From NCBI GenBank assembly GCA_003599425.1, contig QZKC01000068.1, forward strand, positions 11,667-75,666: a stretch of 64,000 bases of DNA. The letters run 5' to 3'. A model generated the notes under the pieces. The model made no database searches. It was not told the DNA's origin and saw only the letters and a list, made by a program, of their open reading frames with translations. Positions 28,886-39,222 of this stretch are shown piece after piece (the first letter of the stretch is position 1; each line of letters opens with the position of its first letter). Source of the DNA: Nitrospiraceae bacterium (GTDB taxonomy: Bacteria > Nitrospirota > Thermodesulfovibrionia > UBA6902). A program made the position numbers and the translations under genes.

Positions 28886-29208
28886 TTCAGTTGGGTCAGC
28901 CTTTCTGTAGGGCTGATGATGTCGGTAAGCCTCACGCCGAATTTTTCATTTACTACGACAACCTCTCCTCTTGCCACCAGTCTGCTGTTTGCCAGTATCT
29001 CCATAGGTTCCCCTGCAAGCTTTTCAAGTTCTACAACAGAGCCCTGGCCAAGCTGTAGAAGCTCCTTTATCAGCATCTTTGTTCTCCCAAGCTGAACAGT
29101 GATCTCTACGGGGATGTCAAGAAGAAACTCTATATCCCTCGATCCTGATGTCTGTTTATTTTCATTCTGCACATTTTCAAATGCATGCTGCTGTATGTCC
29201 TGGTCCAT
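28882..29208 (-). CDS. fliN: Flagellar motor switch protein FliN
   Basis: SpoA domain (LLDIPVEITVQLGRTKMLIKELLQLGQGSVVEL). Confidence 0.85.
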   Translation of the reverse strand: MDQDIQQHAFENVQNENKQTSGSRDIEFLLDIPVEITVQLGRTKMLIKELLQLGQGSVVELEKLAGEPMEILANSRLVARGEVVVVNEKFGVRLTDIISPTERLTQLK

Positions 29209-29237
29209 GTTTTACTCCTTTCTTTTTCATCGATCCT

Positions 29238-30212
29238 TTATTCAATAATCCCGGTCAGTTTAACTGCCTGATTACCCCTGCTTATTCCCGGCATACCCTT
29301 GAACTTGGGGGAGTTCTCAACCTTCACGAGAAGCTCATCCGTAACTGATTTGCCGAGATTAATCACGTTCCCTACATTAAAGTTCATGAGGTCCTTGAAA
29401 TTGATAACCAGGCTGCCGACCTCGACCGTTACATTTAGGCTTGTGTCCATGAGATTGCTCTTCATTACCTGAGCCCACCTCTGGTCCGTTTCAAACTTGT
29501 TGCCATGTATCCCGGAGTAAAGTTTTTCCTTTACCGGCTCCACCATGGAATAAGGAACGCAAAAGAACATCTTGCCGGCAAAATCCTCTATCTCGATCAG
29601 CACCTCCACATTGATAACGATCTCTGACGGAGTAACGATAGTGACAAACTGGGGATTTATCTCGGAGCTGACATAGTCAGGATGCAAGGAGGCTATCCCA
29701 CTCCAAGCAACACCCATGTCCTTTAATGCGAGTTTCACAACCTTCTGAATCACCCGCTGCTCGATCGGCGTAAAGGCCCTTCCCTCTGATTTTATATGCT
29801 TTGCATTGGCCCCCCCGAAGAAAAATTCAATGAGAGCAAAGACAAGCGGCGCTTCTAACACAAGCAGCGAATATCCTTTCAGTGGTTCCATGGTGAATAC
29901 GTTAATGCTTGATGGCACGGGTATCGTTTTTATGAAATCCCCGAACTTTATCACTTCTACTGACTGTATGCTGATATCGATGAACTTCATGAGCAGGGAA
30001 GACACAGAACTCCTGAACAGCCTTGCAAAACTCTCATTTGCCACTTCCAGACCAGGCATACGGCCACGGATAATACGCTCCTGATTTGCAAAGTCATAAG
30101 ATCTGATACCGCCGACGATCTTGTCGCGGGCTTCTTCGGTGTCTATTTCTCCGGACGCAACTCCCTTGAGCAAGGCATCGACTTCATCCTGTGAAAGTAT
30201 CTTATCGCTCAT
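29238..30212 (-). CDS. fliM: Flagellar motor switch protein FliM
   Basis: LSQDEVDALL N-terminal CheY-P-binding motif. 324 aa. Confidence 0.9.
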   Translation of the reverse strand: MSDKILSQDEVDALLKGVASGEIDTEEARDKIVGGIRSYDFANQERIIRGRMPGLEVANESFARLFRSSVSSLLMKFIDISIQSVEVIKFGDFIKTIPVPSSINVFTMEPLKGYSLLVLEAPLVFALIEFFFGGANAKHIKSEGRAFTPIEQRVIQKVVKLALKDMGVAWSGIASLHPDYVSSEINPQFVTIVTPSEIVINVEVLIEIEDFAGKMFFCVPYSMVEPVKEKLYSGIHGNKFETDQRWAQVMKSNLMDTSLNVTVEVGSLVINFKDLMNFNVGNVINLGKSVTDELLVKVENSPKFKGMPGISRGNQAVKLTGIIE

Positions 30213-30706
30213 TGCATTACGAACTCAGTAAAATAAAGGTTTTTAAAAGCATCTTTTTCCATCCCCATTAACTGGTTGGCCCTGAAGAGGATCTCATCCT
30301 TTAACTGAAATTTTCCTTCAGGACTTGAGATCGAGCTGAGCGACTTGCTGCTGACAAGAGTAATAATGGTATCGCGCAATTGCGGGGTTTTGTTCTTGAC
30401 TGTCTCTTCCAGTTTCGGTTCATTTATCTCAAGCTGGATGGTAACCTTGAGATACCTGCCGTGGTCCGACAGGTTCAGAACAAATGGGTCGAGGGCAACA
30501 ATCGATGTCTTCTCGATCTTTTCTTCCTTAAGCTCAGCACTGTTGCTGCTCCCTTTACTGGCCAATATCTTATATCCGGCAAATCCCCCTGCCCCAAGCA
30601 CAAGGGATGCAGCAACGATTATGATAAGCAGTTTTATATTTCCTTTCTTCTTTTTCGTATCTTCTTCCGGTTTTTCAACCTGAAGTTCGTCTTTTTCTTC
30701 TGCCAT
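30209..30706 (-). CDS. fliL: Flagellar basal-body protein FliL
   Basis: 165 aa. K-rich N-terminus, a single TM helix and a FliL-type periplasmic domain. First gene of the operon (RBS GGAGGG). Confidence 0.8.
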   Translation of the reverse strand: MAEEKDELQVEKPEEDTKKKKGNIKLLIIIVAASLVLGAGGFAGYKILASKGSSNSAELKEEKIEKTSIVALDPFVLNLSDHGRYLKVTIQLEINEPKLEETVKNKTPQLRDTIITLVSSKSLSSISSPEGKFQLKDEILFRANQLMGMEKDAFKNLYFTEFVMQ

Positions 30707-31005
30707 TATTATCAGCCCTCCATATTCATGGTTATTTCAAAAAACACGACTCATAACTTTCCCTCTATGAAACAAATACCATGCCAGTTATAACATCCTG
30801 TTAAATCAAGATTTACATAATAACTTTAATGTCAAAATAATGACCTTCATCGACAGATTTCGGATACCTCTCGGAGAAACCGTATTTTCCATTTTATGTA
30901 TTTCACTAAAGATATCCATGCATGTTCCGAAATTATTCAGTAGCTTGTCAGGGGCATCATACCCTCTTGCAGGTTTACGTACTAAACAGTCGAAGGAGAG
31001 AACGT

Positions 31006-32295
31006 ATGAGCAGTGAGATCAATCTTAAAGAAATAGACCTGGCAGGATTTGAAGAAAAAGTCTATGTGATCGCAGATGAAGTGCTTAACATACTTAAGGA
31101 ATTATCCAGGGAAAACAAAAAACAGATTAACAGCAAACTGATAGCTGAAAAGATGTTCCTGAACGAGTCGGTAAAAAGCACTTTTATTAATGCAAACGGC
31201 GTTTCGTCTTCAAAGGAAATTAATTCTCTTAAAGAAATGTCCCATACGATCCTGGATAAGTTCTCAGAACTTGTTCCATCTCATATGACCGAAAATCTCG
31301 GGGAACTTAGAGAAATATTCAATAATGAAAATACCATAAAAAGCGCAAAAGACTGGCTGGACTCACCGATCAATGTTATCAAGAAATACATTGATTCCCT
31401 GTCAAGCCGGAATAAAGAACTCGAAGATTTCCTGAAACAGACAATGCAGAGTCTTGTGACTATCGAAAATCCCATCACAAGTGAGTTGTCATCTCAGCAA
31501 AGTAAATTCAGGGAGGACATGGAATTCCATGACAGCATATCTAACTATATGGATTTAATGAAAGAAGAATGCAATATTTCCACAGACATTGACTCCCTTA
31601 AAAGAGCCTTTCTGAGCAGAATAGAAAATATTCATAAAGGCATTGAAATAAAGAGAGAGCAGGACATGGTGAGGTTAAAAGAAACGGAAAAAACTATTGA
31701 GGAAATGAAAAAGCGGATGGATGAAATCAAACGCGAAGCAGATGAAATAAGAAGAAAGTCGCAGGAAGTTGAGCTCGCAACATATTGCGATGCCCTTACC
31801 GGCATTCATAATCGGAAGGCGTATGATGAAAGAATAGCAGAAACTCTGGCCCATGTGCAGCGGTATAAAATCCCGGCTTCCCTGATGATCTGCGATATCG
31901 ATTTTTTCAAGAAGATAAATGATACCTTCGGCCATAAAGTCGGGGACCTGGCACTGAAAAAACTTGCGGAGCTTCTGAAAGAACGTCTTAGGAAAAATGA
32001 TTTTATTGCAAGGTACGGTGGAGAGGAGTTTGCAATTATCCTTCCGCATACGGACTTGAATGGAGCGATCATAGCTGGCGAAGGGATCAGGGCCTATATT
32101 GCGAAATCGGTCTTTTCATATAAAAGCCAGAAAATCCCCCTTACCATCAGCGTCGGCATCAGTTTTTTCAGAAAAGAAGACACTATCGATACCATTTTTG
32201 AAAGGGCTGATCAGGCACTTTATGCTGCCAAAAAGTCAGGGAGAAACCAGATAAAATCCGAAAATGATATCGTTTCAGCCTCCCCGTCAGAGTGA
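31006..32295 (+). CDS. Diguanylate cyclase (coiled-coil N-terminus + GGDEF domain)
   Basis: RBS GGAGAG, then ATG at 31006. The C-terminal domain has DALTGIHNRKAYDE and the active-site RYGGEEF. Transcribed divergently from fliL. Confidence 0.8.
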   Translation: MSSEINLKEIDLAGFEEKVYVIADEVLNILKELSRENKKQINSKLIAEKMFLNESVKSTFINANGVSSSKEINSLKEMSHTILDKFSELVPSHMTENLGELREIFNNENTIKSAKDWLDSPINVIKKYIDSLSSRNKELEDFLKQTMQSLVTIENPITSELSSQQSKFREDMEFHDSISNYMDLMKEECNISTDIDSLKRAFLSRIENIHKGIEIKREQDMVRLKETEKTIEEMKKRMDEIKREADEIRRKSQEVELATYCDALTGIHNRKAYDERIAETLAHVQRYKIPASLMICDIDFFKKINDTFGHKVGDLALKKLAELLKERLRKNDFIARYGGEEFAIILPHTDLNGAIIAGEGIRAYIAKSVFSYKSQKIPLTISVGISFFRKEDTIDTIFERADQALYAAKKSGRNQIKSENDIVSASPSE

Positions 32296-32376
32296 CTGAA
32301 GTTTAAGCCGAATACAGCATCCCCGGTTCTTTGCATAATTCCGAACAAAAGAAAACCATTTCTTAAGTAACGATGC

Positions 32377-32404
32377 TAAAGGAATAATAAGTAAGTTCCG
32401 ATAA
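32377..32404 (+). promoter_or_regulatory. Candidate sigma-28 promoter for the chemotaxis operon
   Basis: TAAA-N16-TCCGATAA lies 70 nt upstream of the first gene of the che operon. It has one mismatch and a spacer one nt longer than the FliA consensus. Confidence 0.4.
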
Positions 32405-32473
32405 TGATGCATAAGATATAAGGGACTATCGTGATTTTTAAAGTGAATATGTTCTTTTAATTGAGGTAAAGAG

Positions 32474-33898
32474 ATGCATAAGGCAACACTTGAAAGGCTG
32501 ATAAAAGAACTTACCCATTCCGATCCTTCGGGAAGGCGCTGCGCTGCGGAAGCGCTTTCCGAAGGTGATGAACGTGCTGTTTTCCCTTTACTGAAGGCAT
32601 TACACGACAGCAATTTAGGAGTGCAGGATGCCGCAATAAAGTCTCTTATGCGCATGAAAAACGAGACGACAGCGTATATGGTTATCCCCCTTCTCAGAGA
32701 AGATGTGTTTCTCAGGAATACAGCTTTGATCATCCTTAGGGAAATGGGAACCATTGCCATTCCGCTCATCCGAGCACTTCTGAACGATAAAGATGATGAT
32801 GTCAGAAAATTCGCTATTGACCTCATTTATGACATTAATTATTGCGATTATCCCGACAAACTGCTTGAAATACTCATGAACGATCCTAATGCAAATGTAC
32901 GTGCGTCTGCAGCGAAGACTCTGGGAAAACTGAACTTAAAGGAAGCAGTGCCATACCTTATCAAAGCTCTTAATGATGAAGAGTGGGTTTGTTTCTCCGC
33001 GCTCGAAGCGCTAACCGTGCTCAAAGACAACAGTGCAATCGCCCCTATCCTTGCATTGTCAGCGAGTCCTTCAGAAGCAATAAGGCTCGCAATGCTTGAA
33101 ACTCTAGGCAAGATAGGCTCTCAGGACATCCAGAAATTTTTAGCAGAACATGTATCAAAATCCAGCGGCCTCGAAAAACGGGCTGCCATTATAAGCCTTG
33201 TACAGTTAGGTATGATTCCTCCCTCAATGGACATCTTTGATGAACTTATCGATATGCTGATAACCAGTGACTGGGACGATAAGTATGTGGCTATCAAGGG
33301 ACTGCTTATTCTCAGAGATGAACGAGCTATTTACCATATGATAGATGTTGCCGGATCGATCGATTATTCAGCACCTGACAGACACGAAAAAATCCAGTTT
33401 ATCAGAGAAGCTGTAAGCAGCTTCGGGTGCAACAGATATCTATGTTCAATTCTTGACGATAATACAATGAGGTACAGAGGGAAGTCACTCGCTATTGAAA
33501 TAGCAGGTGATTTAAAGTGTCACTCAGTGGTTGACTCTCTTATAAAGCTTATAAAAAGCAATTCCAGAGACATAAGAAGGTCAAGCGTAGAATCGCTCGG
33601 AAAAATAGACAGCGGAAAGGCTCGCGATTACCTGTTTGAGGCAATCAGGGACCACGACAGCCACGTCAGGAAGTCTGCCGTTATAGCCCTTGGGAAGATA
33701 TGTGAAATGTCTGCATTTGAACCTCTCATGAAATTGCTCAACAAAGAAGTTTACTACGATGTTATCGATGAGATCATAAAATCGCTCCTTCAAATAAATG
33801 CGACTCTTTTTTTATCGCGTATCGGAGAATTGAACGATCAGATACGTAAAGTTGCAGCCAGACATGCACCGCTGTGTAACCCGGAGAGTTCATGCTGA
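32474..33898 (+). CDS. HEAT-repeat (PBS-lyase-like) protein, first gene of the che operon
   Basis: 474 aa of tandem HEAT-like repeats (RCAAEALSEGDERAVFPLLKALHD, VRASAAKTLGKLNLKEAVPYLIKALND, VRKSAVIALGKI). The stop overlaps the cheR start. Confidence 0.7.
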   Translation: MHKATLERLIKELTHSDPSGRRCAAEALSEGDERAVFPLLKALHDSNLGVQDAAIKSLMRMKNETTAYMVIPLLREDVFLRNTALIILREMGTIAIPLIRALLNDKDDDVRKFAIDLIYDINYCDYPDKLLEILMNDPNANVRASAAKTLGKLNLKEAVPYLIKALNDEEWVCFSALEALTVLKDNSAIAPILALSASPSEAIRLAMLETLGKIGSQDIQKFLAEHVSKSSGLEKRAAIISLVQLGMIPPSMDIFDELIDMLITSDWDDKYVAIKGLLILRDERAIYHMIDVAGSIDYSAPDRHEKIQFIREAVSSFGCNRYLCSILDDNTMRYRGKSLAIEIAGDLKCHSVVDSLIKLIKSNSRDIRRSSVESLGKIDSGKARDYLFEAIRDHDSHVRKSAVIALGKICEMSAFEPLMKLLNKEVYYDVIDEIIKSLLQINATLFLSRIGELNDQIRKVAARHAPLCNPESSC

Positions 33899-34716
33899 AC
33901 ATATTGCTCGCTGATTCAACATTCAATGAACTGCGGAATTATATTTATGAAAAATGCGGCATCTATATAACGGACACAAAGAAATATCTTGTCGAGAACA
34001 GGCTTTCAAGGATCCTGCAGGAAAAGAACCTGAACAATTTTGAAGAATATCTGAAACTTCTGAAATACAGTACGAACGGCAATGAGCTCAGCAGGCTCTT
34101 TGATGCGGTCACAACAAATGAAACGTATTTCTTCAGGGAACCGGACCAACTGCATGTTTTTCAGAACGAGATAATACCGAGGATCATCAGCCAGAAAAGA
34201 AATCCCCAGCAGTTAAAGATATGGTCTGCAGCATGCTCTTCCGGAGAAGAACCATATACGCTTTCAATGATGCTCCACGAAAAAGGGTACCATGCTAAGC
34301 AATTTGAAATATACGGCTCGGATATCAGTGAAACTGTGCTGCAATCAGCAAAAAGAGCTGTCTACAACTCATATTCAGTAAGAAACGTTCCTGTAGCATA
34401 TGCCAGAAAATACTTTTCATGCACAGGACAAACATACGCTCTCGATGAATCCATTAAAAATAGCGTCAAATTCATGAAGATAAACCTCATTGATGATAAG
34501 AACACGAGACTGCTGCGCAATTCAGATATAATCTTCTGTCGCAATGTACTCATTTATTTTGACGTTAAATCCAAACAGAAGGTTGCATCGCTCCTGTACG
34601 ACTGTTTAAATCCAGGAGGATATCTCTTAATAGGGGCCTCGGAAAGTCTCCATAATATCACAAGAGCTTTCAGGCCTAATATTTTAAATAAAGTGATCGC
34701 TTATCAGAAGGTTTGA
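33892..34716 (+). CDS. cheR: Chemotaxis protein methyltransferase CheR
   Basis: TNETYFFREPDQLHVF and the SAM-binding IWSAACSSGEEPYTLSMML. Confidence 0.9.
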   Translation: MLNILLADSTFNELRNYIYEKCGIYITDTKKYLVENRLSRILQEKNLNNFEEYLKLLKYSTNGNELSRLFDAVTTNETYFFREPDQLHVFQNEIIPRIISQKRNPQQLKIWSAACSSGEEPYTLSMMLHEKGYHAKQFEIYGSDISETVLQSAKRAVYNSYSVRNVPVAYARKYFSCTGQTYALDESIKNSVKFMKINLIDDKNTRLLRNSDIIFCRNVLIYFDVKSKQKVASLLYDCLNPGGYLLIGASESLHNITRAFRPNILNKVIAYQKV

Positions 34717-34764
34717 AATGATACTGATAATTTTTACATATGGAATGTGTTTCGGGGGGATATT

Positions 34765-35145
34765 ATGATAATTATGATCGTTGATGATTGCCAGACAACG
34801 AGGAAATTACTGGGCCATTATCTGAAATCGAGGGGATACAATGTAGTGTTCGCAGAAAACGGTCTTGATGCCCTTGAAAAGCTCGTAAGTGAAAAAGTAA
34901 ACCTTATCATGACAGACCTTAATATGCCGTATATGGATGGCATGGAGCTGATAAAAGCGCTGAAAACTGATCCGAGCCTGTCAGCAATACCGATCTTGAT
35001 GGTAACTACTGAAAACGATGCGTCAGAGAAAGAAAAAGCCATGCATTTCGGAGCAGACGGTTACCTGGTCAAACCCGTTACCGGAGACGCAATAGCTGAG
35101 AACATCAAATCAATTTTAAAACACATGTTTGTTCAAGGAGGTTAG
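34765..35145 (+). CDS. CheY-like single-domain response regulator
   Basis: Receiver-domain motifs ([24 protein letters not shown]). ATG at 34765 after GGGGGA. The track ORF begins at an upstream in-frame GTG. Confidence 0.8.
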   Translation: MIIMIVDDCQTTRKLLGHYLKSRGYNVVFAENGLDALEKLVSEKVNLIMTDLNMPYMDGMELIKALKTDPSLSAIPILMVTTENDASEKEKAMHFGADGYLVKPVTGDAIAENIKSILKHMFVQGG

Positions 35146-35146
35146 T

Positions 35147-35542
35147 ATGCCGGACTTAAAGATGAAAATCCTTGTTGTCGATGATTTTTCAACAATGAGA
35201 AGAATAGTGAAAAATCTTCTCAGACAACTTGGATATGAAAATATTGAGGAAGCCGAGGATGGTGCCCAGGCGTATTTAAAGCTGAAAAACGGCGGCTACG
35301 GGTTTGTCGTAAGCGACTGGAACATGCCTAACATGGACGGGCTGGAACTTTTGAAGAAAGTTCGAAGCGATGCGGAATTGAAAGATATTCCAATGCTGAT
35401 GGTGACCGCCGAAGCAGAAAAAGAAAAAGTCATAACCGCCATACAGGCTGGTGTGAATAATTATGTTGTGAAGCCTTTCACAGGAGAGATATTAAAAGAG
35501 AAGATGGACAAAATATTTGAAAGACTGCAGGCACAGAAATAA
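35147..35542 (+). CDS. cheY: Chemotaxis response regulator CheY
   Basis: AGGAGG then ATG at 35147. [35 protein letters not shown] and NNYVVKPF. Confidence 0.85.
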   Translation: MPDLKMKILVVDDFSTMRRIVKNLLRQLGYENIEEAEDGAQAYLKLKNGGYGFVVSDWNMPNMDGLELLKKVRSDAELKDIPMLMVTAEAEKEKVITAIQAGVNNYVVKPFTGEILKEKMDKIFERLQAQK

Positions 35543-35574
35543 TTATATAAATAATACTGCATGGAGATTGAATT

Positions 35575-37491
35575 ATGAACGATGAAATGGAAGAAATAAT
35601 TCTGGAATTTATTACGGAGGCAGAAGAATCCCTCGACAAAATCGAGCCTCGTTTTGTTGAGCTTGAGCAGAAAGGTGAGGATTCAGAGCTTCTCAATAAT
35701 ATTTTCAGATCCATGCATACTATCAAGGGGGCAGCAGGGTTTCTCGGTTTTCAATCGATTGTGGATGTGGCGCATGCAGCAGAGAATATCATGAAGAGAC
35801 TCCGGGACGGTGAGATAGCTCTCTCAAAGCCTCTCATGGATGCTATTCTCAAAGCTATAGACATGCTCAGACTTCTTCTCGGACATCTGAAGGAAAAAGA
35901 CGGCATTGAAGAAAACGTCTCCCCCCTGGTGCAGGAACTGAATATCGCTTTAAAGTCCGCAACGCCCAAAACAGGGAATGCCGCTCAAAATAAAGAACAG
36001 GTTGTCCCTTCCTCTCAAGCGCCAGAAGATTTCCCAAAACCCGCAAACGTGGTTCAGTCCACTAATTTGCAACAGCCTTCTGAACCAACGGATATCCCTG
36101 TTAATTCGTCGAAAACAATCATTACTTCAAAGCCTGATGAGACGCCTGTACAACCCAAGCAACATGGCGCCATACAACATCCTGTAAAAGTATGCGCAGA
36201 TTCCTCTATGCAGCCAAATGGTTCAGGGGAAAATGATCAGAAATCCAATGAAACACAGCAGCCATCCAAAGATACATCTCAAAAAGCACAGAATTTAAGA
36301 GTAGATGTTAACAGGATAGACAAGGTTATGGACCTCGCCGGTGAAGTAGTTCTGGTAAGAAACAGGCTCCTGAATATATCCAACTACTTTGATTTTAAAT
36401 ACACTGACGATCCCATGACGGAGATCCTGATGGAATCAGTCTCCTTTCTGGACCGAATCACCTCTGATATGCAGCTTGCTGTAATGAAAATGCGTATGCA
36501 GCCCATTCAGAAAGTATTCAGTAAGTTCCCGAGACTTGTACGGGATATTTCAGCGTCAGTCAATAAGGACGTGGAGTTGCAGATATTCGGAGAAGGCACG
36601 GAGGTTGACAAGACTGTAATAGAAAACATCGGGGATCCAATGACCCATATTTTGAGAAACTCTATTGACCATGGTATTGAATCAACTGAGGAGCGGATAG
36701 CCAAAGGCAAATCGCCCAAAGGCAAGATAGTGGTCAATACGTATCAAAAAGGGACCCAGATAGTTATTGAAATCTCAGATGACGGAAAAGGTATGGATGT
36801 GGACAAGCTGAAGAGAAAAGCAATAGATAAGGGCATCCTGTCTGAAGATGAAGCACAGAAGATGTCATATGAAGATGCCATAGACATCATATTCATGCCG
36901 GGTTTCTCCACCAAGGAAATTGCTACAGAACTCAGCGGGCGAGGGGTAGGAATGGATGTCGTTAAAACCAATATATCGCTCTTAAACGGTTATGTCGAGG
37001 TGTCAACAGAAAAAAATGTAGGAACAACATTTAAAATCAGCATACCTCTGACCCTGGCCATAATTCAGGCTCTTATGGTTGAAGTTGATGGCGCCAAATA
37101 TGCCATACCTCTTTCACCCATAGAAGAAACTCTGAAGGTTGCAAAAAAAGATATCACCAATATCACCGGTCAAAATGTCATTGTCATCCGTGACAAGGTG
37201 TGCCCTCTTTTTGAGCTCAACAGTATCCTTGGCATAGACTCCAACGGTCATGGAAGTTCCGATGATGCTGAATATAAATATGTCATTGTTATAACTATGG
37301 GAGACAAAAAATTCTGTTTAGCCATTGACAAGCTTGTAGGCCAGGAAGAGGTTGTTATCAAGGCCCTGAACGGGCTGGACACGACAACTTCTTATGTCCT
37401 TGGCGCGACAATAACTGGCGACGGAAAGGTTGTTTTCATTCTTGATGTTGCCGGCATGTCTAGAAATCTGCTTGGACTGGCAAAAGTTTAG
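35575..37491 (+). CDS. cheA: Chemotaxis histidine kinase CheA
   Basis: Hpt motif SMHTIKGAAGFLGF. HATPase G-boxes (GRGVGMDVV). C-terminal CheW-like domain. 638 aa. Confidence 0.9.
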   Translation: MNDEMEEIILEFITEAEESLDKIEPRFVELEQKGEDSELLNNIFRSMHTIKGAAGFLGFQSIVDVAHAAENIMKRLRDGEIALSKPLMDAILKAIDMLRLLLGHLKEKDGIEENVSPLVQELNIALKSATPKTGNAAQNKEQVVPSSQAPEDFPKPANVVQSTNLQQPSEPTDIPVNSSKTIITSKPDETPVQPKQHGAIQHPVKVCADSSMQPNGSGENDQKSNETQQPSKDTSQKAQNLRVDVNRIDKVMDLAGEVVLVRNRLLNISNYFDFKYTDDPMTEILMESVSFLDRITSDMQLAVMKMRMQPIQKVFSKFPRLVRDISASVNKDVELQIFGEGTEVDKTVIENIGDPMTHILRNSIDHGIESTEERIAKGKSPKGKIVVNTYQKGTQIVIEISDDGKGMDVDKLKRKAIDKGILSEDEAQKMSYEDAIDIIFMPGFSTKEIATELSGRGVGMDVVKTNISLLNGYVEVSTEKNVGTTFKISIPLTLAIIQALMVEVDGAKYAIPLSPIEETLKVAKKDITNITGQNVIVIRDKVCPLFELNSILGIDSNGHGSSDDAEYKYVIVITMGDKKFCLAIDKLVGQEEVVIKALNGLDTTTSYVLGATITGDGKVVFILDVAGMSRNLLGLAKV

Positions 37492-37554
37492 AAATAATAT
37501 GAGACATCTGTATATACATATATTCTCTTGTCTTACAGACTCAGGAGATAACAC

Positions 37555-39222
37555 ATGAAATCGGTGTTTGCACGCAGCGGCAATTTAAATTTGCCAATCA
37601 GAAAGAAATTGTTAATCGGCATTATACCCTTTTCCCTGCTTCTCACGCTTATCACCATCGGTACTTTTTTCTACAATTTAAACGTAATGCGCCTTACTGA
37701 TATGTACCCCGAGATAGCACGATGCAGCATGCTGCATGATCAGGTCAAAGAGTTAAGTCAAATTCTCAGCAGTTCCCAACCCGGCAGAGATAAACTGAGC
37801 AAAGTAAAAAATATATATAAAAATAAGCCGGATTTACTGTCAAAGCTCAACAGCTTCGAACACGACGACAAGGAATTAGATGAAATGGAAGATCTTTTCT
37901 TTAATTACCTCGACAAAGGCAATGCAATTTCATCCGGATCATCCGAAGAGTCAATACACTCCAGTATTACTGAACTTACCAGCCTGACCGATACTCTGGT
38001 AAACAGACTATATAAGCATTATGATGAAGAACACAAGGGATTAATTATCAATATTGGGGAAGTACGAGATTCTGCTACAGGCTCAAGGGTCTTTATTTTA
38101 TTGATGACTATTTTGACAGTGATAATAGTAATTGTAGCGATTTACCTCACAAACAGGGATTATGGATACTCCATCAGCAGGATCATAGATACTGCTCAAT
38201 CAATCAGCAACGGACATCTCTATCTACCTGAGATCAAAGTCAAAACACATGATGAGATCGAAAAACTCGTTGATTCAATAAACGTGATGAAGAATGGACT
38301 TAACCAAATGATCGGCAATATAAAGGAGTTATCTGGCAGGATATATAACGTATCGGACAATCTAATGTCATCTTCCGAGATAATAAGCAAAGACACTAAA
38401 GAACAGGTTATCAATACAGGTAAAGTTGCTAATGCGGTTGAAATGATGAGTGTCGTCGTATTTGATGTAACGCAAAACTCAAGCATAGCCGCTGAATCCG
38501 CAAAGGAAGCCGCTGATCTTGCCAGAAAAGGCAGTGAAGTCGTCACTGAGACAATATACGGGATGAACCGAATATCTGATACTGTCAATCAATCAGCTCA
38601 TACAATAGAAGTGCTCGGCAAGAGATCAGAGCAAATCGGTGAAATAATCAAAGTTATCAATGATATCGCAAATCAGACAAATCTTCTCGCATTGAATGCA
38701 GCAATTGAGGCGGCCCGTGCAGGGGAGCAGGGAAGAGGTTTTGCCGTAGTTGCGGACGAAGTCAGAAAACTTGCGGAAAGGACTACAGCAGCGACTAATG
38801 AAATAGGTGAAATGATCAAAAGCATTCAGATCGAAACCAGTAATGCGGTTTCAGCAATGCATTCTGCCACAAAAGAGGTTGAGAGTGGGGTCAACCTTTC
38901 CAATCAGGCCGATTCGTCACTGAAGCAAATAGTGACATCGGTAAGAAGTGTGACTGAGATGATACAAAGTATAGCAGTTGCTGCCAGGCAGCAAGGCTCA
39001 ACTGGTGAAGATGTATCATCCACTCTGCAGGAAATAGCGAATGAAAACACTCAGACCGCGGATGAAGCAAGTAAATATCTTGAAACAACACAGCAATTGA
39101 GACTCATTTCACAGGAATTAACAGGCTTAGTCAGTAAATTCAAAATTCAATCTGCTGATCACAATACTATTGCCAATGAAAAGAGGAGGTATACGTGCAA
39201 CAGTACATCGGCTTTAATTTAA
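37555..39222 (+). CDS. Methyl-accepting chemotaxis protein
   Basis: Two TM helices, HAMP domain, and the highly conserved signalling core [35 protein letters not shown]. Confidence 0.85.
   Translation: MKSVFARSGNLNLPIRKKLLIGIIPFSLLLTLITIGTFFYNLNVMRLTDMYPEIARCSMLHDQVKELSQILSSSQPGRDKLSKVKNIYKNKPDLLSKLNSFEHDDKELDEMEDLFFNYLDKGNAISSGSSEESIHSSITELTSLTDTLVNRLYKHYDEEHKGLIINIGEVRDSATGSRVFILLMTILTVIIVIVAIYLTNRDYGYSISRIIDTAQSISNGHLYLPEIKVKTHDEIEKLVDSINVMKNGLNQMIGNIKELSGRIYNVSDNLMSSSEIISKDTKEQVINTGKVANAVEMMSVVVFDVTQNSSIAAESAKEAADLARKGSEVVTETIYGMNRISDTVNQSAHTIEVLGKRSEQIGEIIKVINDIANQTNLLALNAAIEAARAGEQGRGFAVVADEVRKLAERTTAATNEIGEMIKSIQIETSNAVSAMHSATKEVESGVNLSNQADSSLKQIVTSVRSVTEMIQSIAVAARQQGSTGEDVSSTLQEIANENTQTADEASKYLETTQQLRLISQELTGLVSKFKIQSADHNTIANEKRRYTCNSTSALI

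Noticed and set aside
30771-30786. Sigma-54-like element TGGCAT-N5-TTGTT upstream of fliL
   Set aside because: The -12 element lacks the invariant GC (GT instead), so it is much weaker than the flgF candidate. Not called.
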